Shown one piece after another: positions 1 through 5,461 of a stretch of 6,102 bases of DNA (position 1 is its first letter; every line of letters starts with the position of its first letter). The position numbers and the translations under genes are program-made. Under the pieces are notes generated by a model. It saw only the letters and a program-made list of their open reading frames with translations. It was not told the origin of the DNA and searched no databases. The stretch comes from a virus. The stretch covers positions 1 to 6,102 of IMG/VR virus record IMGVR_UViG_3300045988_043560; one strand, written 5' to 3'.

Positions 1-90
1 AGGCTATTATGTATTAAAACTTACGACGTAATCGAGAAATATAAAAAATGGATTGAAAAACAACAACTTAAATTATTTAAAGATGGATAA
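1..90 (+). CDS. 3' end of the wrap-around small ORF; duplicate copy of 6004..6093, not a separate gene
   Basis: Frame 1 reads RLLCIKTYDVIEKYKKWIEKQQLKLFKDG then TAA at 88..90. This is identical to the C-terminus of the ORF ending at 6093. Confidence 0.8.
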   Translation, partial: RLLCIKTYDVIEKYKKWIEKQQLKLFKDG

Positions 91-99
91 AAAAAAAAT
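1..99. repeat. Terminal direct repeat, copy 1 (circular-contig overlap)
   Basis: Base-by-base comparison shows 1..99 is identical to 6004..6102, including the A10 run at 89..98 and 6092..6101. The offset is 6003 nt. ORFs run through the junction without disruption. Confidence 0.95.
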
Positions 100-283
100 C
101 ATTTACGAAATTATTAAAATCATATGTACTGCAATCATCAGCATTGCGGCAGTCCTAACAGCACAAAGCTGCACTATGTCACTAAGCGTAAGCAAAAACA
201 ACAGTAACAGTACTCAAAAAACCGAACAAACAACAACTAGTTCAGTTGACAGTACACAAATCAATATTAACCCAAAAAAATAA
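83..283 (+). CDS. Small secreted or membrane protein (66 aa), signal-anchor or lipoprotein-like, unknown function
   Basis: There is an ATG at 83; the ORF-track start at 53 is a TTG. The protein begins MDKKK, followed by the hydrophobic stretch IICTAIISIAAVLTA, then QSC, then a Ser/Thr/Asn/Gln-rich tail. It sits on the same strand and is packed tightly against its neighbours, overlapping the upstream stop at 88..90. Confidence 0.6.
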   Translation: MDKKKIIYEIIKIICTAIISIAAVLTAQSCTMSLSVSKNNSNSTQKTEQTTTSSVDSTQININPKK

Positions 284-288
284 AAATC

Positions 289-522
289 ATGGACTTAAAA
301 GAAGCATTTAAAATTAGAAAAAAAGACGCAGAATCAGATGAAGTTATCATTACTATTGGTAATCACTTGGCTACTAAGCAAGTATTTCAATCGGAAGAAG
401 AAGCTCAAAAAGTAATTGACGCAACAGATTGGAATCTAGTGGCAGCACTGATCTATGCCTGCAAAGAAGCTGATCAATGGGAAGAAAAAACAAAAAAAAC
501 ATCAAAAAAAGAGGAGGAATAA
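289..522 (+). CDS. Hypothetical acidic protein (77 aa)
   Basis: ATG at 289 lies 5 nt after the previous stop, and the ORF ends 3 nt before the VP1 ATG. It is Glu/Lys-rich. It contains no motif I recognise, so any scaffolding role is only a positional guess. Confidence 0.55.
   Translation: MDLKEAFKIRKKDAESDEVIITIGNHLATKQVFQSEEEAQKVIDATDWNLVAALIYACKEADQWEEKTKKTSKKEEE
511..517 (+). promoter_or_regulatory. Shine-Dalgarno-like GAGGAGG upstream of the VP1 start
   Basis: GAGGAGG at 511..517 lies 8 nt before the ATG at 526. It also encodes the EEE C-terminus of the upstream ORF. None of the other gene starts in this genome has a comparable purine SD. Confidence 0.4.
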
Positions 523-525
523 AGT

Positions 526-2505
526 ATGACAATCGTAAGAACCTTAGGCAAAAATACACTAGGCGACAACAATAAAATGAAAGTCGCAATGAGAGATTAT
601 GATATGTCTACTCATGATATATCAACAATATTCAGAAGTTCAGTCGGTGTAGGAATGCTTGTACCATTCTGTAAAATACTCTGCCAAAAGGGAGATATCA
701 TCGATATCAATCTGATCAACAAAACACTGAGCCAACCAACACTTGGACCGCTTTTCGGATCATTCAAACTACAACACTTCATGTTCTTTGGAGGTTTCCG
801 ATTATATAATAGCTGGTTACACAATAACCGGACAGGAATTGGGATGAAGATGAGTGACATCAAATTACCAATGATGATGGCTAAAACATACGGAACGGCA
901 ACAGAAGCAAAGACAAACATCTCAGCATCCGCATTATACAAATACCTCGGTTGGAGTAAATCAAAAAGAACGGGAACAAACGCAACACAAGGAGTACAAA
1001 AAAATGGGGTACCTCTCCTCATATATCTCGACATATTCAAGAATTTCTTCGCAAACACACAAGAAGATAAATTTTATATGTTAAAAGGAGCGGGAGAGGT
1101 AAAATTAAATCTTGCAAAAACATATAATGACGAAAACAACGGAATATACGTTATCGGAAAAGACCAAAATAGTGTACATATAACAAGCACAACCACTATA
1201 ACAGCCGGTATAATTACAACTAATTACAGAGATTTTTGGAACAGCATAAAAGTAACGATAATAGAAAGTGACGGAGGACTATACCATAAAACATTAGCCC
1301 AATTAACATCAAATGCAGCAACTGCCACCATCACTCTAAATAATGTGAAGGCTAATCCATACGCAACAATATTACAATTTTTCACAACAAAAGAGACAGC
1401 TAATTTCATAAAAACCGAACTAGGTCAATACGACTTAAAATTGCTTGATCAAATCAGAGATGTGATTCTGAATAGAAAAGGAAACGAAAAAATAATCCTA
1501 CAAGGAACAGAGTTAGGAACAACCAAAAACGGATCAACTGAATTAACAAAGATGTTCGAAGACCTAATAGATAGTCAAGCAAACAAATTAGGCGGAATGT
1601 TGTTAAAAACATATGACAGCGACATCTTCAATAACTGGATAAAAACAGATTGGATCGATGGAGCAGGAGGCATCACAGAGATAACAAGCATTGACATCTC
1701 AGCCAATGACGGAAAATTGACAATGGATGCGCTAAACTTGCAACAAAAAGTCTACAACATGCTGAACAGAATCGCAGTAGCAGGAGGTACGTACAGAGAT
1801 TGGTTGGAGACAGTATATACAGCAGGTAAATATCTCGATAGACCCGAAACACCTGTATTTATCGGAGGTATGACGCAATATATCGAATTCGACGAAGTGA
1901 TATCAAAAAGTGCAACAGAAACAACATACGGTACTCAACCACTTGGAGACATCGCAGCAATCGGAAGAGGAGGAAAGCCGCTCAATAACGGACACATACA
2001 CTATCAGTGCGAAGAGCCAGGATACATTATGGGATTGATGGCTATCACACCGATAATCGATTACTCACAAGGCAACGATTTTGATCTAAATCTACAAACA
2101 ATCGACGATTTGCATAAACCTGCACTTGACGGAATTGGATACCAAGACCTAATCCAAGAGCAAATGGTAGGAGAAACATCGACATACACGAATAGTGGAG
2201 CAATTGGAAATCTCAAACATCTATCTGCTAACAAAACCGTAGCATGGATCGACTACATGACTAATTATAACCGTACATACGGAGATTTTGCGGCAGGAGA
2301 AGCCTTAGACTTTATGGTGCTCAACAGACGCTACGAAGTAAGTGATAATGGCACAATCGAAGACCTGACTACATACATTGATCCACAGAAATACATCGAA
2401 ATCTTCGCTGATACATCAATAGACAGCCAAAACTTCTGGGTACAAACAGTGGTACAGGCAACGAGACGAGGTAACTATAGTGCTAAACAAATTCCATTCT
2501 TATAA
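526..2505 (+). CDS. VP1: Microviridae major capsid protein (VP1 / F-like), 659 aa
   Basis: This is the longest ORF in a 6-kb genome with all genes on one strand. Its N-terminal region (STIFRSSVGVGMLVPF..KGDIIDINL..LSQPTLGPLFGSFK) and overall composition look like microvirus VP1/F jelly-roll capsid proteins. It co-occurs with a VP2-like and a VP4-like gene. The identification comes from family recognition, not from a database search. Confidence 0.9.
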   Translation: MTIVRTLGKNTLGDNNKMKVAMRDYDMSTHDISTIFRSSVGVGMLVPFCKILCQKGDIIDINLINKTLSQPTLGPLFGSFKLQHFMFFGGFRLYNSWLHNNRTGIGMKMSDIKLPMMMAKTYGTATEAKTNISASALYKYLGWSKSKRTGTNATQGVQKNGVPLLIYLDIFKNFFANTQEDKFYMLKGAGEVKLNLAKTYNDENNGIYVIGKDQNSVHITSTTTITAGIITTNYRDFWNSIKVTIIESDGGLYHKTLAQLTSNAATATITLNNVKANPYATILQFFTTKETANFIKTELGQYDLKLLDQIRDVILNRKGNEKIILQGTELGTTKNGSTELTKMFEDLIDSQANKLGGMLLKTYDSDIFNNWIKTDWIDGAGGITEITSIDISANDGKLTMDALNLQQKVYNMLNRIAVAGGTYRDWLETVYTAGKYLDRPETPVFIGGMTQYIEFDEVISKSATETTYGTQPLGDIAAIGRGGKPLNNGHIHYQCEEPGYIMGLMAITPIIDYSQGNDFDLNLQTIDDLHKPALDGIGYQDLIQEQMVGETSTYTNSGAIGNLKHLSANKTVAWIDYMTNYNRTYGDFAAGEALDFMVLNRRYEVSDNGTIEDLTTYIDPQKYIEIFADTSIDSQNFWVQTVVQATRRGNYSAKQIPFL

Positions 2506-2507
2506 TT

Positions 2508-2846
2508 ATGAAAACAATTAACAAAATAAGAGTAAATAACTTCAAGGGAATGATCGAAATGACAGAAAAGGGTGAAACCTTAATCAAAAAAATCCAGAGA
2601 ATTCTCGACGAAAACGAACCATTAACTGACGGAGCACCTATGATCTACACGCCTAAACAGGCAGGAGTAAGAGAAGATTGCAACGTACGAACGGACAAGT
2701 GGGCTTTAGCCATGAACGCAATGGATAGAGTCAATAACTACAAATTGAATGAATACCTCAAAAAGGGAGAAGCCGAAACGCCAAAAGCAGCAGAAGGTCA
2801 AACCGAAGGAGGAACAACTGAACCAAATCCAACTAGAGACAACTAG
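2508..2846 (+). CDS. Hypothetical protein (112 aa), possible internal scaffolding (VP3-like) protein
   Basis: ATG at 2508 lies 2 nt after the VP1 stop. The segment PLTDGAPMIYTPKQAGVREDCNVRTDKWALAMNAMD resembles a motif I recall from small proteins encoded next to VP1 in uncultured microviruses. The C-terminus is an acidic, Pro/Thr-rich tail. The functional assignment is tentative. Confidence 0.6.
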   Translation: MKTINKIRVNNFKGMIEMTEKGETLIKKIQRILDENEPLTDGAPMIYTPKQAGVREDCNVRTDKWALAMNAMDRVNNYKLNEYLKKGEAETPKAAEGQTEGGTTEPNPTRDN

Positions 2847-2880
2847 TCGGGTACGACTACGAACACTATATGCGAAAAGG

Positions 2881-2909
2881 GCGGATGTAAATATTTATAT
2901 CCGCTTTTT
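2881..2909 (+). terminator. Intrinsic (rho-independent) terminator-like hairpin
   Basis: GCGGATGTAA at 2881..2890 pairs with TTATATCCGC at 2895..2904, giving a 10-bp stem with one G-T pair and an ATAT loop. It is followed directly by TTTTT at 2905..2909 and preceded by AAAAGG. It lies 35 nt after the stop of the 112-aa ORF. Confidence 0.6.
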
Positions 2910-2925
2910 AAAGCCAAAAAAGCGC

Positions 2926-2953
2926 AGTACGCATATAGCATATTATATCAAGT
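2926..2953 (+). other. dif-like 28-mer (candidate XerC/XerD-type recombination site)
   Basis: AGTACGCATAT-AGCATA-TTATATCAAGT was aligned by eye to E. coli dif, GGTGCGCATAA-TGTATA-TTATGTTAAAT. It matches 8/11 in the left arm and 8/11 in the right arm, in an 11-6-11 layout, within a non-coding region. A chance match in AT-rich sequence has not been excluded. Confidence 0.25.
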
Positions 2954-3009
2954 AAATATAGGTAGAGCTTCTTCAAAAGTAAGCTCGAAGAACGTAAAAA
3001 TTTATTATC

Positions 3010-4056
3010 ATGGGATTAGGAGCAACATTAGCAGGAGCAGCAACCTCGGGATTAGCAGGCGCTGTAACCGGAGGAATAGGATCAATAATCAGTGGTGGTC
3101 TAGGACTACTAGGAGGTCTGTTCAAAAGAAACAATAACGGATTCAAAAACCAACAGAAACTAATGCAACAAGCATGGGAGTATGAAAAAGAAGGAATGGG
3201 TCTACAATACAACTACGGACAACAGGCGGCAGACGCTGAATATAGACGGAATCTACAAATGTGGAAAGACACCAACTTTGGAGCTCAAAGACAAGAAATG
3301 GAAAATGCAGGATTAAGCGTAGGACTCATGTACGGAAACGGAGGAGGACAAGCGGCAAGCACAGCCGGAGGAACAGCGACTCAACCAAACGCACCAAAAA
3401 CCAATCCAGTGGAAGTAGCACTACAACAAGAATCAATGGGATTACAACTGAAGCAAATAGAGGCTCAAAATCGACTCGCAAACGCAGAAGCAACCAAAAC
3501 CATTGCCGAAGCAAATAAAATCGCAGGAGTGGACACTAAAGGGCAAGAACTGCAGAATAAATGGCAGGAAATTGAAAACAGAATCCAAACAAGTAAGGAA
3601 AGTATCGAGCAAAGCAATATGAAAGCAGCAGCAGCAAACGCAGATAAGGCGATCGAAGATTGGAAAATGTCTGTATTAGATAGGGAATATCTAGACAAAA
3701 TACAAGAAGATAGGGCAACTCGTTTCATATCAGAAATAGCAAAAATCCAAAAAGAAGGATCACTCGCAGAATCAGCTACAGACGTAAATTATCATACAGC
3801 AAGAAAGATCGGAAAAGAGGTAGAAAACTTCTATTACGAATTGATCACGAGAAGAATGCCCGCAGAGGCTGCAAAAGAAACGGCGGAAAATATGCTCAAA
3901 AAAATCGAAAACGAATACAAACTCGGATCCGATCAGAACCTAAGAGAATGGATCTATGGAGGAGTGGACAGAATAAACGGAATTCTCGAAACCGTCGTGA
4001 AATTCAAAAACGGAGCACAAATCCTAGAAACTATCGCAAAAAAAATCAAAAAATAA
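3010..4056 (+). CDS. VP2: Minor capsid / DNA pilot protein (VP2 / H-like), 348 aa
   Basis: The N-terminus is glycine-zipper-like and hydrophobic (MGLGATLAGAATSGLAGAVTGGIGSIISGGLGLLGGLF). It is followed by a long Gln/Glu/Lys/Ala-rich region that is probably coiled coil. Size and position between VP1 and VP4 are typical of microvirus pilot proteins. Confidence 0.7.
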   Translation: MGLGATLAGAATSGLAGAVTGGIGSIISGGLGLLGGLFKRNNNGFKNQQKLMQQAWEYEKEGMGLQYNYGQQAADAEYRRNLQMWKDTNFGAQRQEMENAGLSVGLMYGNGGGQAASTAGGTATQPNAPKTNPVEVALQQESMGLQLKQIEAQNRLANAEATKTIAEANKIAGVDTKGQELQNKWQEIENRIQTSKESIEQSNMKAAAANADKAIEDWKMSVLDREYLDKIQEDRATRFISEIAKIQKEGSLAESATDVNYHTARKIGKEVENFYYELITRRMPAEAAKETAENMLKKIENEYKLGSDQNLREWIYGGVDRINGILETVVKFKNGAQILETIAKKIKK

Positions 4057-5096
4057 TGTGTTACTTCACAAAAAAAGTATTAAACAAGCGGTTTCTGCCT
4101 AATCGGAAGAATGGGTGGAATCCGCCTATATGCACAGACGAAAGATTCAGATATGTAGAAGTAGAATGCGGACACTGCTTCGAATGTCGTAAAAAAAAGA
4201 GAAGAGAATGGAGAATCAGAAATTACGAACAACTGAAAGAAACACCTCATGCAGTGTTTTTTACAGGAACAGTATCTCCACAAAGATATGAATATATTTG
4301 TAAAAAATATCGATTCAAAAACGATGGGTCGCAAGATAACGAGATAATTACAAAAATACACAGATTATTCCTAGAAAGAATCAGAAAAGAAACAGGTAAA
4401 TCAGTGAAACATTGGTGCGTAACAGAAAAAGGACATACCAATACAAGAAGAATACACCTACATGGACTATTTTATGCAAGGGAAGGGCAGACAAAATGGC
4501 AATTGACGAAACTATTATACGAAAATTGGATAGACGGATACAAATACTACGGAAGATATGTCAACGAAAAAACAATAAACTATGTATCAAAATACATGAC
4601 AAAAAAGGACGAAGACAATCCTGATTATATATCAATAGTACTATGCAGTAAAGGGCTTGGAGCAAACTATGCAAAGGAGAACCAACTAAAACACAGATGG
4701 AATAAAGAAAAAACAATCGTTACATATAAAACACATAACGGACAAGATCTACCATTACCAAGATACTACAAAACAACTATATACACAGATGATCAGAGGC
4801 AATTATTATGGCTATATGCCGAAGATAAAGGTGTAAAATGGGTAAACGGATTCGAAGTAATAGGAGCTAACACGGTGAACAAAGATTACTACGAAAGATT
4901 ACTCAAAGAAAAAAATGAAAATGGAATCGGCTTACACGAGGACAATATCGAGGAAATTGAAAGGAAAAAGGCAATCAATCGGATGGCAAAATTACAAAAT
5001 CTGACAAACAGAAAGAAAGCGCAACGAAGGCAGATCAGAAGAGAAGAGGAAGATATCATGTATCAATACTTATCAGCAGAGTATTGTCCTTTCTAG
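4056..5096 (+). CDS. VP4: Rolling-circle replication initiation protein (VP4 / A-like HUH endonuclease), 346 aa
   Basis: There is a Cys cluster (C..ECGHCFECRKKKRREW) near the N-terminus. Motif I-like FFTGTV is present. The HUH motif IHLHGLFY has its HLH at nt 4455..4463. The catalytic Tyr motif YVSKYMTKK is at nt 4581..4595 (YVSKY). The preferred start is ATG 4056, which shares one base with the VP2 stop in TAATG. An in-frame ATG at 3948 is the alternative. Confidence 0.9.
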   Translation: MCYFTKKVLNKRFLPNRKNGWNPPICTDERFRYVEVECGHCFECRKKKRREWRIRNYEQLKETPHAVFFTGTVSPQRYEYICKKYRFKNDGSQDNEIITKIHRLFLERIRKETGKSVKHWCVTEKGHTNTRRIHLHGLFYAREGQTKWQLTKLLYENWIDGYKYYGRYVNEKTINYVSKYMTKKDEDNPDYISIVLCSKGLGANYAKENQLKHRWNKEKTIVTYKTHNGQDLPLPRYYKTTIYTDDQRQLLWLYAEDKGVKWVNGFEVIGANTVNKDYYERLLKEKNENGIGLHEDNIEEIERKKAINRMAKLQNLTNRKKAQRRQIRREEEDIMYQYLSAEYCPF

Positions 5097-5340
5097 TTTT
5101 CGTTTCACGAAAACGTCTTGTCCGTAACGAACGGACTACACCATGCGGCAGGCTTTATTTTAATTTTACAGGGAGGAAAAGGTAGAGAAGGACAGAAGGG
5201 CAGCTACCTACAATAACAGATTAAGGACAGGCGTGTACCCGACCAAAAGGTCGTGGTATGCGCCTTTGGCGATATCAAGGTGCTAACGCTCTAGGGCAAC
5301 GCCCTAGAACCCTGTATTTGTCGCTCGCGCTATGGAAGCG
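5096..5340 (+). other. G+C-rich structured intergenic region (hairpin cluster plus polypurine tract); candidate replication origin and/or 3' processing region
   Basis: No ORF is present. Hairpins: 5096..5102/5108..5114 (7 bp), 5120..5125/5131..5136 (6 bp), 5229..5265 (16 pairs including 2 G-T, AAAA loop, one bulged T), and 5290..5297/5301..5308 (8 bp, AAC loop). A polypurine run spans 5170..5200. By hand count, 5221..5340 has 66/120 G+C, against 30/120 in the next 120 nt. Confidence 0.6.
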
Positions 5341-5369
5341 TTAAAAAAAGTTATAAGAATAGGAAAAAA

Positions 5370-5400
5370 TTTGGAGAATCAATAAAATCACATACCTTTG
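5370..5400 (+). promoter_or_regulatory. Bacteroidetes-type sigma-A promoter (TTTG -33 element, TAnnTTTG -7 element)
   Basis: TTTG at 5370..5373 is followed by an exact 19-nt spacer and then TACCTTTG at 5393..5400. This is the only full TTTG-N19-21-TAnnTTTG match I found on the + strand. It sits at the end of the main non-coding region, about 60 nt upstream of the first small ORF. Confidence 0.55.
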
Positions 5401-5429
5401 TAGTGTCAAAAAAAACAAGAGTATTAACC

Positions 5430-5443
5430 GTTCCACGTGGAAC
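5430..5443. promoter_or_regulatory. Perfect 14-bp palindrome GTTCCACGTGGAAC (candidate operator or protein-binding site)
   Basis: GTTCCAC and GTGGAAC are exact reverse complements with no spacer. The palindrome lies about 30 nt downstream of the -7 element and 18 nt upstream of the ATG at 5462. Confidence 0.5.
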
Positions 5444-5461
5444 ATTAAAAACAAAATAATT

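Noticed and set aside
53-82. ORF-track start at 53 for the small membrane protein
   Set aside because: Position 53 is a TTG codon, and it would extend the overlap with the upstream ORF. The ATG at 83 gives a classical charged-then-hydrophobic N-terminus.
1-99. Terminal 99-nt direct repeat read as a biological terminal redundancy, an LTR, or mobile-element ends
   Set aside because: The repeat is exact and sits precisely at both contig ends, and an ORF reads continuously through it. This is the signature of a circular molecule linearised by an assembler. It should be collapsed to one copy.
3261-3518. 85-aa Arg/Lys-rich ORF in an alternative frame inside VP2
   Set aside because: It starts with GTG, and it lies in a purine-rich, T-poor stretch where stop codons are rare in every frame. 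The basic low-complexity product is the expected frame-shifted reading of GAA/AAA/GCA-rich coding sequence.
4293-4300. Second TAnnTTTG match (TATATTTG) inside VP4 as an internal promoter
   Set aside because: There is no TTTG -33 element at the required 19 to 21 nt spacing upstream; the sequence there is TTTTTTACAGG.... It also lies in the middle of a coding region.
4412-4624. 70-aa basic ORF in an alternative frame inside VP4
   Set aside because: The same compositional explanation applies as for 3261..3518. It overlaps the HUH and Tyr motif region of VP4, where a second constrained frame is unlikely. It has no independent support.
5205-5228. AATAAC within CTACCTACAATAACAGATTAAGGAC as a phiX174-like origin core (CAACTTGATATTAATAAC)
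   Set aside because: Only a 6-mer is shared, which is expected by chance in A/T-rich DNA. The nick site cannot be called from this.
5097-5340. Structured G+C-rich region as a tRNA, a self-cleaving ribozyme or a riboswitch
   Set aside because: I saw no cloverleaf or T-arm (GGTTCGAATCC-like) sequence and no hammerhead core (CTGATGA...GAAA). I recognise no other conserved ribozyme or riboswitch core in the region. Independent simple hairpins fit an origin or terminator role better. A covariance-model scan would be needed to exclude this fully.
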